A stretch of 64,000 nucleotides of DNA. Source: Thermoproteota archaeon. GTDB taxonomy: Archaea; Korarchaeota; Korarchaeia; Korarchaeales; JAOZGB01. Positions 17,903 through 27,763 of this stretch are shown one piece after another; the first letter of the stretch is position 1, and each line of letters starts with the position of its first letter. The DNA lies in the NCBI GenBank assembly GCA_037917685.1, contig JAVCBU010000012.1:256001-320000 (forward strand). Direction: 5' to 3'. The position numbers were made by a program, and so were the translations under genes. The notes under the pieces are model-generated. The model made no database searches. It had not been told where the DNA came from and saw only the letters and a program-made list of their open reading frames with translations.

Positions 17903-18533
17903 ACCTTTCTATAATTCGAGGTATTTTATAGAACTCACTTTTAGCAAGTTTGACGTCAGCGTTCGGATACTCTCTGTCACCTCCTGCTAGGGCTATTTTA
18001 AGACCAGCGCTCTCAAAGAGGTCTTGAGGCTCATCACCTATGGCAACTACGCTTGTGGGATTCAGCGATAACTTGCGACATAGCTTTTCGAAGGCGAGCC
18101 ATTTCCCTGGATATGGAACCCTTACTTTGACGTCTCCCGTTATAACTCCATTATGAACTAAGAGGCTGTTGGAGACCTGGAAGTCAAATCCTAACTCTCT
18201 CTTAACCCTCTTAGCTAGTACATCCAGGCCGGCTGTTATTAGAGCGAGTTTATAACCCATTGATCTAAGCTTACTAATGACTTCGATTACACCGGGATTG
18301 TAGGAAACATTATCTATGATTTCTCTAACCTTGCTGATAGAGACTCCTTTCCAAAGGGAAGCGTCGAGTAATGCCCATTCCTCATAGTCTATTAGTCCTT
18401 TCTTGAATAGTTTTCGATGATACTCTCCCCACTCCCACGTACCTAGGTTTTTATGAAGATATTCCCATATGCTTTTTTCTTCAACTATTGTACCGTCGAG
18501 GTCAAACACTACCAGGTTAAATTTTCTCCGCAT
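17886..18533 (-). CDS. HAD-IB phosphatase (phosphoserine phosphatase-like)
   Basis: FDLDGT, ITAG, K, AIGD motifs. Confidence 0.82.
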   Translation of the reverse strand: MRRKFNLVVFDLDGTIVEEKSIWEYLHKNLGTWEWGEYHRKLFKKGLIDYEEWALLDASLWKGVSISKVREIIDNVSYNPGVIEVISKLRSMGYKLALITAGLDVLAKRVKRELGFDFQVSNSLLVHNGVITGDVKVRVPYPGKWLAFEKLCRKLSLNPTSVVAIGDEPQDLFESAGLKIALAGGDREYPNADVKLAKSEFYKIPRIIERYEKTC

Positions 18534-18542
18534 GTCTCTATT

Positions 18543-19922
18543 TTACTCTGGAGGAGGTGGTATAAATCTCTTTTCCATTAAGAGTTTGACGCTTTCTCTC
18601 GCCCTTCTTATAATGCTTTCAGCCCTCTCATATAGTTCACTTCTGGACAGATTTAGCCTTGCTACACCTTGCTCTATAGCCTTAAGCCCAACTGCAACAG
18701 CTTCTTTTGGATAAACCTCCCATTCCTCCATTGTAGGAACAATATAGTCTTCGCTTATGCCTTTCTCTCTGGCGTATTCCGCTAGGGATTCAGCTGCTGC
18801 TATACACATCTCATCGGTTATCGTTTTAGCTCTGACATCAAGAGCTCCTCTAAAGATACCTGGAAATCCGAGACTATTATTTATCTGGTTTGGGAAGTCT
18901 GAACGCCCTGTTGCAACTATTCTCGCACCAGCCTCCTTCGCCTCCCACGGCCATATCTCAGGAATTGGGTTTGCCTCTGCGAATACTATGGCATCATCCG
19001 CCATAGCTCTGACCCATTCTTTTTTAATCACTCCAGGTCCGGGTTTGGAAGCCGCTATAACTACGTCCACACCTTTCATAGCCTCCGCTATGCCTCCTAT
19101 TCTACCCTCCCCGTTGGATTCCATGCATATTTGCCACTTTATAGGTTCTTTCTCCCTAAGCTGGTCAATATCTTCTCTATTCTTATGTAAGATTCCTTTT
19201 CTATCCACCATGAAAACATTTTCAGGCTTAACACCTGCCGACTTTAAAAGCCTGTAAATTGCAACATTTGCAGCCCCAGCCCCTACCATGGCTATCAGGA
19301 TATCGCTCATTTTCTTCCCAACGATGAATAAGGCATTTATTAAACCAGCAAGGGTTATCGCTGCTGTTCCCTGCTGATCATCATGCCAAACCGGTATTTC
19401 AAGTTCCTTTCTCAAAGTATCAAGGATGTAGAAACATTTGGGTTTGGCGATATCCTCGAGGTTTATCCCGCCAAAGCTTGGTTGTATCCACTTGACAGCT
19501 GTAATAATTTCGTCGGGGTCTTTTGTATCTAGACATATCGGAAAAGCATCCACCCCTCCCAGGTATTTGAAGAGTAGAGCTTTCCCCTCCATCACCGGCA
19601 TCGCAGCTTCTGGCCCTATATCACCTAACCCTAGAACTCTTGTTCCATCACTAACTACGGCCACGGTATTCCACCTGTTTGTGTACTCATACACTAACTC
19701 CTTATTCTTAGCAATGGCTTTACAGGGCTCTGCTACCCCAGGGGTATACCAGATAGCGAAGTCACTCATATCCCTGACGACGCATTTTGATATGACTTCT
19801 ATTTTCCCCTTGTAGAAGGGGTGAAACTTCATAGCCAGTTTTGAGGGTAGTTCAGCCTTTTTCAGAAGTTCTTCAACGGTTTTTTCATCCGACATTTGGA
19901 TCAGTTTAACCTTGGAAAACAA
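18543..19922 (-). CDS. mae: NAD(P)-dependent malic enzyme
   Basis: YTPGVA, VLGLGDIG, MEGK, GGINLEDI, HDDQQGT, GAGAA, TGRSDFPNQINN; start may be 19895. Confidence 0.95.
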   Translation of the reverse strand: MFSKVKLIQMSDEKTVEELLKKAELPSKLAMKFHPFYKGKIEVISKCVVRDMSDFAIWYTPGVAEPCKAIAKNKELVYEYTNRWNTVAVVSDGTRVLGLGDIGPEAAMPVMEGKALLFKYLGGVDAFPICLDTKDPDEIITAVKWIQPSFGGINLEDIAKPKCFYILDTLRKELEIPVWHDDQQGTAAITLAGLINALFIVGKKMSDILIAMVGAGAANVAIYRLLKSAGVKPENVFMVDRKGILHKNREDIDQLREKEPIKWQICMESNGEGRIGGIAEAMKGVDVVIAASKPGPGVIKKEWVRAMADDAIVFAEANPIPEIWPWEAKEAGARIVATGRSDFPNQINNSLGFPGIFRGALDVRAKTITDEMCIAAAESLAEYAREKGISEDYIVPTMEEWEVYPKEAVAVGLKAIEQGVARLNLSRSELYERAESIIRRARESVKLLMEKRFIPPPPE

Positions 19923-19976
19923 AGGTTAAAAATATTTCCGAGACATGTGACGCATGTAACCCAACACTACTACACC

Positions 19977-20477
19977 TTATTGAATTCCCATGAAGGTTTT
20001 AAGCTCTTGAAAGGTGGAGACTTCCACTCCAAACAGGACAGTTTTTATCTTGGGGAATTTTGCTTTAACCTTAGCTATCATATCTGGATTATCATCTATA
20101 AACGCTATCTCTCCCTGTCTGAAATTTAGCCCTTTGTTTTTGAATTTATTAAGTATTTTATTGACCATGCGATCTTTTTCTGGATGGAATTCTATGACAG
20201 GATTTTGAAAATATCCTAGTATTTCAAACTTGTCTAAAAGTTGGATTGCGACAATAGGTTTATTCCAGCTTGCTAAAGATACGTATATTCCTAAGTCTTT
20301 ACATGTTCTTAAAAATTTTTTAACGCCACTATTAAGTTTCACAATAGTACCTTCTGAATCCACCATTTCATCATTTGAGCGTTTTTTAAATGGCGGTTTA
20401 AGGCTGGATGCATCTTCGTGATCCCATATAGTTTTATCAAGATCAAGAATTACCAGTTTAAGCATTAAGCTTAACAC
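19977..20477 (-). CDS. Magnesium-dependent phosphatase-1 (HAD-IIIC)
   Basis: DLDKTIWDH, ASWN, HPEK, FIDD. Confidence 0.88.
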   Translation of the reverse strand: MLSLMLKLVILDLDKTIWDHEDASSLKPPFKKRSNDEMVDSEGTIVKLNSGVKKFLRTCKDLGIYVSLASWNKPIVAIQLLDKFEILGYFQNPVIEFHPEKDRMVNKILNKFKNKGLNFRQGEIAFIDDNPDMIAKVKAKFPKIKTVLFGVEVSTFQELKTFMGIQ

Positions 20478-20514
20478 CTCTACATTCCCTATATATTTGG
20501 TGGGATGCTAACAT

Positions 20515-22218
20515 ATGACAAGGTTCAATGATCTAGCAGTTGTCAGTAGAAAAATATCAAAGCTGACGTCGAAGAAGGAAATGATTAGTGAGTTTTCAAA
20601 CTTTATTTCTAAACTTGACCCTGAGGATGTTAGGCGGTCTATTCTTATAGTTTCAGGCAGAATTTTCCCTCCTGGCGAAGATAGAGCCTTAGGTGTCAGC
20701 TGGGGGCTTATATGGAGGGCTTTGAGGGAGATTTCAGGGCTTAGCGATTCAGAACTCTATAATATAGTTTCAGGAAGCGTTGACATTGGGGAGGCTGCTA
20801 GAAGGGTTGTCTCCTCCTCAAAAAGAAGACTTACGACTCTTATCACTCCTAAACCGCTGACATTAGATGAAGTTTATGAAATTTTCAAAAAACTATCATC
20901 ACTGCAGGGGGAAGGATCGCAGCGAGATAAAAGGCTTTTATTGGTGGAGCTTTTTTCAAGGGCTTCACCAGATGAGGCTGAGATATTAGCCAAAAGCCTT
21001 GTTGGCGAAGTTAGAATCGGATTCCATGAAGGTTTAATGGTTGAAGCTGTTTCTGAAGCCTTCAGGATCCCTGTAGAAATAGTTAGAGAGAAAACTATGG
21101 CGACAGGCGACTTATCTTATGTTGCATATGTAGCTGCTTCTTCAGGTCTAAAAGGGGTATCTGGCATCACAATAGGAATCTACAAGCCTCTAAAGCCTAT
21201 GCTTGCATCTGACGTACAGTCTATAGAAGAGGCATTTAGGAAGGCGAAGGGAGAGAAACTTGCATTCGAATATAAATTCGACGGTGCCAGGGTACAGATA
21301 CATGTTGGGATAAATGGTGTCAGAATATATAGCAGGAGACTAAAGGACGTTACTGAAAGTTTACCCGATGTTGCCAAACAAGTTAAAGATGGGCTTAATC
21401 CAAAAGTGGAATGCATTCTAGATGGCGAAGCTGTAGCCATAGGTTCCGATGGAAAGCCCCTCCCCTTCCAACATGTCATGAGAAGATTCGGGCGAGAAAA
21501 GGAAGTAGTGAAGCTACTCGGGGAAATTCCAATGAAGCTGTACGTTTTTGACATATTATATCTGAACGGGACAAGCCTCACTAACACCCCTTACATCGAG
21601 AGAAGAGAACTCTTAGAAAAGGTATATCATGGGGGTCTTGTCGAGAAGATTGTATCTTCAGACATACCTACAATTAAATCATTTCTCGAAAAATCCGTTA
21701 AACTTGGAAATGAAGGTTTAATGGCAAAGAGAACCAGAAGCCCATATAGGGCGGGCTCCAGGGGATATATGTGGATGAAGATAAAACCAACATTACCCCA
21801 CTTGGATCTTGTGATTGTAGCTGCAGACAGGGGATATGGAAGAAGACATAAATGGCTCTCAAACTATCATTTAGCGGCGAGAGATGAAAAAACAGGGCGA
21901 TTCCTTGTCGTAGGGAAGACTTTTAAGGGTTTAACAGATGAAGAGTTTGAACAAATGACCAGGAGACTGCTAGAAATCGAAACAGGAAGGTTCGGATATA
22001 CTTTCAGGGTTAAACCGAAAGTAGTTGTCGAAGTTGCTTACAATGAGATCCAAAGAAGCCCCCACTACAAAAGCGGCTACGCATTAAGATTCGCGAGGAT
22101 AGTAGCTATAAGATGGGACAAGACAGCTGAAGAAGCTGATACGATCGAGAAAATCAAAAAAATATATCTAGACCAGTTTAAATACAAGTCTAGGGACGCC
22201 CTAGAGCAGTATCAATAA
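20515..22218 (+). CDS. lig: ATP-dependent DNA ligase
   Basis: PMLA, EYKFDGARVQIH, LDGE, FDILY, EGLMAK, ALRFAR. Confidence 0.96.
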   Translation: MTRFNDLAVVSRKISKLTSKKEMISEFSNFISKLDPEDVRRSILIVSGRIFPPGEDRALGVSWGLIWRALREISGLSDSELYNIVSGSVDIGEAARRVVSSSKRRLTTLITPKPLTLDEVYEIFKKLSSLQGEGSQRDKRLLLVELFSRASPDEAEILAKSLVGEVRIGFHEGLMVEAVSEAFRIPVEIVREKTMATGDLSYVAYVAASSGLKGVSGITIGIYKPLKPMLASDVQSIEEAFRKAKGEKLAFEYKFDGARVQIHVGINGVRIYSRRLKDVTESLPDVAKQVKDGLNPKVECILDGEAVAIGSDGKPLPFQHVMRRFGREKEVVKLLGEIPMKLYVFDILYLNGTSLTNTPYIERRELLEKVYHGGLVEKIVSSDIPTIKSFLEKSVKLGNEGLMAKRTRSPYRAGSRGYMWMKIKPTLPHLDLVIVAADRGYGRRHKWLSNYHLAARDEKTGRFLVVGKTFKGLTDEEFEQMTRRLLEIETGRFGYTFRVKPKVVVEVAYNEIQRSPHYKSGYALRFARIVAIRWDKTAEEADTIEKIKKIYLDQFKYKSRDALEQYQ

Positions 22219-22258
22219 AGGATAAATTTTATCTCATAAACTATGGATAAGGCATAAT

Positions 22259-22756
22259 GTGGAGAAAAGACTTATCTTTAGAGTATTAACGGCCATCCTT
22301 ACAGCTTGCATCCTTTTAGTTACAATATACTTGCATGGAGAGATGGAAAGCAGAATAGAAAACTTAACCCTGGAAGTTAACGAATACCAGGAGGTTCTTA
22401 ACGAAATAAATGACATCAAACTATTAGTTGAAAAATCGTATTACAACCCTCTAAAAATCAGAGGGGAATATTACGAGGAACCCCAGCTTGACATCTACTA
22501 TCTCTCCAGGGACGGGGAGCTGGCTAAGCAGAGATGTTCAGAGATCAATAGGACGATTAGGGTTAATCTTTATCCCCTAAGCAATATAACAAACGCCTAT
22601 AAACTTGTGAATTTTCTGGCAAAACTTGGTATAAGATATCCATTTGAATCGTATTCATGGGCTGTATTTAAGTATAAGGACGTAGTCGTATTTTTCAGGC
22701 TTGAAATGGTTGATGCGGAGGTGATCAAGGCATGTTTAAGAATTTACAAGCAATAG
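22259..22756 (+). CDS. Hypothetical membrane-anchored protein
   Basis: N-terminal TM helix plus short coiled coil; upstream TTTATC TATA-like site. Confidence 0.65.
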   Translation: MEKRLIFRVLTAILTACILLVTIYLHGEMESRIENLTLEVNEYQEVLNEINDIKLLVEKSYYNPLKIRGEYYEEPQLDIYYLSRDGELAKQRCSEINRTIRVNLYPLSNITNAYKLVNFLAKLGIRYPFESYSWAVFKYKDVVVFFRLEMVDAEVIKACLRIYKQ

Positions 22757-23247
22757 ATCTGTTGCTAATTTTAGCGTTAGTCTCATCAATAGTAGGGTTA
22801 AGTCTTGACTACATTATGCTCTATAACCGTCTCACGTTCCTTGAGGACAGGCTTAACCAGATAAAGTCGAATGCTGAAGCTCAAAACGTTATTGAATTTT
22901 TTAAGCTCCCGAAGGAGCCTATTAACCTGTCCATGGATGATGTAGTTGGAGGTAATTATACAGGGATCAGAGCATTGATAATATACGACTGCTATGACTG
23001 TGCATACCATAATAGGATAAACACTTTAAAACAGTATTTTGAGGAATACAATGTAGAAGTATTAAACATTGAATATAGCGAGTCTCACGATATATTAAAC
23101 GCTATTTCTGAAAAAATGGGATGCGCCGTCAGATTTCAGAACCCTATAGTAATAATATGGAAGGGAAATGTTACATTTTTCTTCGAAAGGTGGGAACCGA
23201 ATTCTTGGATTATAACATGTCTCCAATACTTATCATCTAGTCCCTAA
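22732..23247 (+). CDS. Hypothetical membrane-anchored protein with CxxC (thioredoxin-like?)
   Basis: N-terminal TM, coiled coil, ALIIYDCYDC. Confidence 0.65.
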   Translation: MFKNLQAIDLLLILALVSSIVGLSLDYIMLYNRLTFLEDRLNQIKSNAEAQNVIEFFKLPKEPINLSMDDVVGGNYTGIRALIIYDCYDCAYHNRINTLKQYFEEYNVEVLNIEYSESHDILNAISEKMGCAVRFQNPIVIIWKGNVTFFFERWEPNSWIITCLQYLSSSP

Positions 23248-24352
23248 TTATGAAGTCGTCTAACATGTCTTTAGCCTTCTCTCTACGCCTCTGATGCTCT
23301 CTCAAAAATTTAATGACTTTCCCAGCTAGGATTCTTTTATGTTCCCCACACAGCAAATTACCACTTTTACATGCATGATAGACCTCCTTAAGTTTACGAT
23401 CGTCAGGCTCGAAAAGATACATACAGTACTGGTATATTGGACAAATCTCCGGGTTACCACCTTTTTCCCTTTGCTCTTTAACTGTTGGCTGGCCTCCCGT
23501 GAATGCGTTCATTATCTTCTGTCTAACCTCGTCTTCGCCGTCGACAGTATAGATAGCCGACTGGGGATCGCTTGAACTCATCTTATCCGCCCCAAGAAGG
23601 CTGGGGAAGAACTTAGCATGTAATATTGACGGTTTAGGGAATCCAAGTTTAGGGGCAACGTCTCTAGCCACTCTAAAGTGTGGATCCTGATCGACGGCTA
23701 AAGGGATCAAGCACCTAGTCGGCTTTCCCTTGATAACAGAGCCTAGAAAGGCCGGTGCCGCTTGAATGGACGTAAAGAATATCATTCCAATATTTGAACT
23801 GTCGGTGAAGCCGAAAATAGCTTTAGCTGTGGAAAATGTTATCCTTTTAGCTGCTCGTATGGCAAGCGGATATAGCTTACCTATGTACTCCGTATCAAGG
23901 AATATCTTAGTTTTTCCTGGTTCAAAGCCAACAGCGATTACATCCAGTATATTTTCATATGCGTATTTTCTAACCTTTTCCATTGTTAGGGGCTGGTTAA
24001 ATAGGAATTTTTCGTCATCCGTAACTTGAAATAATAATTCCACGTTGAACTTTTCCTGAAGCCATTTAGTAAGTATCCATGGGATTAGATGGCCAATATG
24101 TGTATGCCCAGATGGTCCTCTTCCGGTGTACAGGTAGAATTCTTCTCCCCTCTCGTAGGAGTCGAGCAAAAGGTCTAGGTCCCTGTGGGCAAAGAAAACA
24201 CCCCTTCTTAGTAAAAGGTGGAGTTCGCCCGTATGCCTTTCCAGTCTTTCAAGTAATTCTTTCGTTAGAGGCTGAATTCCAAACTTTTCTATCAGCTTAT
24301 CGTAGTCTATTCTACCTTTAACTTCCCATGGTGTGACCGTAAAGCTCTCCAT
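23237..24352 (-). CDS. trpS: Tryptophan--tRNA ligase
   Basis: VTPW, YTGRGPS, HIGH, DQDPHFR, KMSSS, CGEHK. Confidence 0.97.
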   Translation of the reverse strand: MESFTVTPWEVKGRIDYDKLIEKFGIQPLTKELLERLERHTGELHLLLRRGVFFAHRDLDLLLDSYERGEEFYLYTGRGPSGHTHIGHLIPWILTKWLQEKFNVELLFQVTDDEKFLFNQPLTMEKVRKYAYENILDVIAVGFEPGKTKIFLDTEYIGKLYPLAIRAAKRITFSTAKAIFGFTDSSNIGMIFFTSIQAAPAFLGSVIKGKPTRCLIPLAVDQDPHFRVARDVAPKLGFPKPSILHAKFFPSLLGADKMSSSDPQSAIYTVDGEDEVRQKIMNAFTGGQPTVKEQREKGGNPEICPIYQYCMYLFEPDDRKLKEVYHACKSGNLLCGEHKRILAGKVIKFLREHQRRREKAKDMLDDFIIRD

Positions 24353-24391
24353 GTTTGTCAGCCTTAAGGTCTTTGAGATCTATAAAATATT

Positions 24392-24592
24392 TTAAACTTC
24401 CAGTAAACGAGCAACCTCACTCACAGGCGCTATAAAATATGGAACTAAAAGCTCTTCACGGGTTAAACCACCATGACCACCCATCTCAGGCCTCAACATC
24501 TCGTGTTTACCTCCAGATTCGAACTTAATGGACACGTTCCCAGAGGGAATTAGAACATAATCGCCTACTCTATTCCTTACTCTATTCCTCAA
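24392..24592 (-). pseudogene. C-terminal remnant of an alkaline-phosphatase-superfamily (nucleotide pyrophosphatase/phosphodiesterase) gene
   Basis: RVGDYVLI...GGHGGLTREELLVP is the typical C-terminal end of the family; only 66 aa present; starts at a 12-bp tandem duplication. Confidence 0.6.
24566..24589. repeat. 12-bp tandem duplication (TACTCTATTCCT x2)
   Basis: Read directly; encodes RNRVRNRV on the minus strand. Confidence 0.85.
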
Positions 24593-24687
24593 TCACCAGT
24601 GCACCTCTATTATATGCATGCTTGTCTTAGTAAGAGTTTATGAAACTGTAAAAAATATTAATAAAAAGGTTCTCTTAACCTGGTAGA

Positions 24688-25008
24688 ATGAGCGTAGCTG
24701 TTATTGCCGACAGGTACTCATCTTTGGCGTTTAGGCTTGCAGGTGTAGACGAGTATCCCGCTAGCTCTTCTGAGGAGGCTGTTCAAAGATTTCATGAAAT
24801 AATAGATAAGGGGAACTATAGGGTTGTAATTGTATCAGAGAGATATTTTAAGGCTGTTAGCACAGCCAAAGCGAAAAGATTGGGGGCCGAGGTTTACCCT
24901 ATAATAGCCGCCCTTCCAGACTTTGCCGGGTCTACCGGTGAGAGGCTTCAAGAGTTATATGATAGTATATCCCGCGCAGTTGGCGCAAAGCTGAAATTAG
25001 GTGAGTAA
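24688..25008 (+). CDS. atpF: A/V-type ATP synthase subunit F
   Basis: AVIAD...FRLAGV, I..LPD, ISRAVG. Confidence 0.88.
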   Translation: MSVAVIADRYSSLAFRLAGVDEYPASSSEEAVQRFHEIIDKGNYRVVIVSERYFKAVSTAKAKRLGAEVYPIIAALPDFAGSTGERLQELYDSISRAVGAKLKLGE

Positions 25009-25324
25009 AATGCCTATAAGTATTAGCCAGCTTAAAGAAATAATCGAGGAGGAAAGAAAAGTCGAGGAAATTGTTCTAAACGCTGAAAGGGAGGCTGAAA
25101 AAATGCTGGAGGAAGCGAAACGTAAAGCAGAGGAGATAATGAGAAAAGCAGGATCTGAAGAGGATCTTACAATGGCTGAGGAAGCTGAGAAGATAGAAAA
25201 AGAAAAACAGAAACTAAGAGAGGATTTCGAACTCAAAATAGCAGAGATCAGGAATATGGCCATGAAAAGGATTGATGAAGCTATAAATTGTATTGTATCA
25301 AGTGTCCTTGGTGAGCAGATATGA
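25001..25324 (+). CDS. A/V-type ATP synthase subunit G/H (peripheral stalk)
   Basis: Glu/Lys/Ala-rich coiled coil between subunits F and E. Confidence 0.75.
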   Translation: MSKMPISISQLKEIIEEERKVEEIVLNAEREAEKMLEEAKRKAEEIMRKAGSEEDLTMAEEAEKIEKEKQKLREDFELKIAEIRNMAMKRIDEAINCIVSSVLGEQI

Positions 25325-25929
25325 TAAGCGATCTGAAATCTGTAATCAGAATTAGAGCAGAAGAGGAAGCTAGAAAGATAATAGAAGAAGCAAAGAGAGA
25401 AGTTGAAAAAATAATTCGAAACGCCGAAGCCGAAGCGAAGAGGAGATACGAAAAACTACTTGAGGAGAGACGTATGAAGTTCAAGATAAAGGCTGAACAG
25501 GTGCTGGCTTCCGAAAAAGCGAAGCTTAGAATAATGTATTCTCAGGAAAAGGCTAAGATTGTAGATGATGTTTTCAAGAAGGCTGAAGAAACGATATACA
25601 GGAAATTGAACGAAATGACAAGGAATGAGAAAGTTAAGCTGCTCTCAAGACTTATAAAAGAGGCTGTAAAAACAATGGGGCCTGGCCACTATAAAGTATC
25701 GGTGAGTAAAAATGACATGGAGGTCTTAGATGACGCTTTAAAACAGGTGTTAGGAGAAATAGGAGAGGAGGTTGTACTTGACAAGGGAGAAGCCTTAGAT
25801 ATCAAGGGTGGAGTCATGGTTAAATCTGCTGACGGAAAAAGATTTTATGACAATACCATCGAAGCTAGGATTGAAAACTCACGTACCGAATTGGTAGGTA
25901 AAATATATCAGATACTGTATGGTGATTAA
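25321..25929 (+). CDS. atpE: A/V-type ATP synthase subunit E
   Basis: N-terminal coiled coil; GGVMVKSADG...DNTIEARI. Confidence 0.9.
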   Translation: MISDLKSVIRIRAEEEARKIIEEAKREVEKIIRNAEAEAKRRYEKLLEERRMKFKIKAEQVLASEKAKLRIMYSQEKAKIVDDVFKKAEETIYRKLNEMTRNEKVKLLSRLIKEAVKTMGPGHYKVSVSKNDMEVLDDALKQVLGEIGEEVVLDKGEALDIKGGVMVKSADGKRFYDNTIEARIENSRTELVGKIYQILYGD

Positions 25930-27763
25930 ACTGGCCAGAATAGGGAAACTCATAAGGATAGGTGGCTCTGTTGTAGAGGCTTCAGGGATTAAAGATATAA
26001 CGATTGGAGAGATTGTAGAAGTAGGAGAGGAGGGGCTTATCGGAGAGGTTATCAGAATATTTGAGGACAGATTTACTGCTCAAGTCTACGAAGACACCAC
26101 AGGCCTAAAGCCTGGTGAAATAGTTAAAGGCACAGGAAGAAGACTTGAAGCAGAATTAGGGCCAGGGCTTCTAAACAATATACTAGATGGCATAGGGAGA
26201 CCTCTAGAGCTTATTAAAAGCCTAAGAGGCCCCTACATCACCAGAGGAGTAAGAATGAATACTTTACCAAGAGACGTTAAATGGTATTTCACCCCAACAG
26301 TGAAGGAAGGCGACGATGTAACACCCGGAGATGTGATAGGAACAGTTGAAGAAACCCAATCGGTTACCCATAGGATAATCATACCTCATGGAATAAGAGG
26401 AAAAGTAACATGGATTAAAGAAGGAAAATACACCGTAGACCAACCAATTCTCCTAGTTAAAAACGATGGAAACGAATATGAAGTAACTATGAAGCAATAC
26501 TGGCCTATAAGGGTTCCAAGACCATTCGAAACTGATGGAAGGCTTCCCCTCGAAAAACCATTGATAACAGGGCAGAGAGTTATAGATACATTCTTCCCAA
26601 TCCCCAAGGGTGGAACGGCAGCTATACCAGGAGGATTCGGCACAGGAAAAACAGTAATGCTCCATCAGCTTGCAAAATGGAGCGATGCTAGAGTGGTAGT
26701 ATACATAGGATGCGGTGAAAGAGGAAACGAAATGTGTGAGGTAGTTACAGAGTTCCCAAAACTAAAAGATCCATACACCGGAAGGCCGCTCATGGAAAGA
26801 ACCGTCCTTATAGCTAATACCAGCAACATGCCCGTAGCAGCCAGGGAGTCCAGCATATATTTTGGGGTCACGATAGGCGAGTACTTCAGAGATCAAGGCT
26901 ACGATGTAGCGCTCATGGCAGATTCAACCTCAAGATGGGCTGAGGCGATGAGAGAAGTTTCAGGAAGATTAGAAGAAATGCCTGCAGAAATGGGATATCC
27001 AGCATACCTACCAGATAGAATTGCAGAGTTCTACGAACGCGCAGGAAGAGTCAAGGTTCCAGGAAGACCAAGTAGAGAAGGAAGTTTAACAATAATTGGA
27101 GCTGTCTCCCCTCCAGGCGGAGACTTCAACGAGCCCGTGACAATACACACCCTAAGGTTTACCGGGGTTTTCTGGGCTCTAGATGCAGACCTAGCCTATA
27201 GTAGACACTTCCCGGCAATAAACTGGCTGAAAAGCTACAGCATACACGCGGGAACCGTGGCAGAACCATGGGCTAAAAGCTTTAGCCAATATTCCAGAAA
27301 AATAGCTGGATGGTGGGAGAAAAAGCACATGGGCTTCCTTGAATATAGGAAAACAGCTCTAGATCTCCTAGGTGAAGCGGCTGAAGTGGAGTCAATAGCG
27401 AGAGTCATAGGAGAGGCAAGTCTACCTGACGAACAAAGAATAATCCTCCTTGCCTCAGAGATCCTGAAGGAAGGATTCTTGAGGCAAAGCGCATTCGATG
27501 AAGTAGACAGCTACTGCGAAATAGGAAAGCAATTCTGCCTCCTTAAGCTTATGATAGATTTCTACTTAACAGCTTCAGAACTAATAGATAAGGGAGTACC
27601 CTTCGAAAGGATAAGGTCAATGCCACAGATCTTCAAAATGATGCGAGTAAAAGAGGATCCAAGAGGTATAGAAGCGATAAGCGAGTTATCCTTGGAAATT
27701 AAAGGTGAGTTTCAGAAAATAGCGGAAGAATATGAAATAGAGGGTGTCTTAGTTGGGAGTTAA
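25919..27763 (+). CDS. atpA: A/V-type ATP synthase subunit A
   Basis: [48 protein letters not shown]. Confidence 0.97.
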   Translation: MVIKLARIGKLIRIGGSVVEASGIKDITIGEIVEVGEEGLIGEVIRIFEDRFTAQVYEDTTGLKPGEIVKGTGRRLEAELGPGLLNNILDGIGRPLELIKSLRGPYITRGVRMNTLPRDVKWYFTPTVKEGDDVTPGDVIGTVEETQSVTHRIIIPHGIRGKVTWIKEGKYTVDQPILLVKNDGNEYEVTMKQYWPIRVPRPFETDGRLPLEKPLITGQRVIDTFFPIPKGGTAAIPGGFGTGKTVMLHQLAKWSDARVVVYIGCGERGNEMCEVVTEFPKLKDPYTGRPLMERTVLIANTSNMPVAARESSIYFGVTIGEYFRDQGYDVALMADSTSRWAEAMREVSGRLEEMPAEMGYPAYLPDRIAEFYERAGRVKVPGRPSREGSLTIIGAVSPPGGDFNEPVTIHTLRFTGVFWALDADLAYSRHFPAINWLKSYSIHAGTVAEPWAKSFSQYSRKIAGWWEKKHMGFLEYRKTALDLLGEAAEVESIARVIGEASLPDEQRIILLASEILKEGFLRQSAFDEVDSYCEIGKQFCLLKLMIDFYLTASELIDKGVPFERIRSMPQIFKMMRVKEDPRGIEAISELSLEIKGEFQKIAEEYEIEGVLVGS

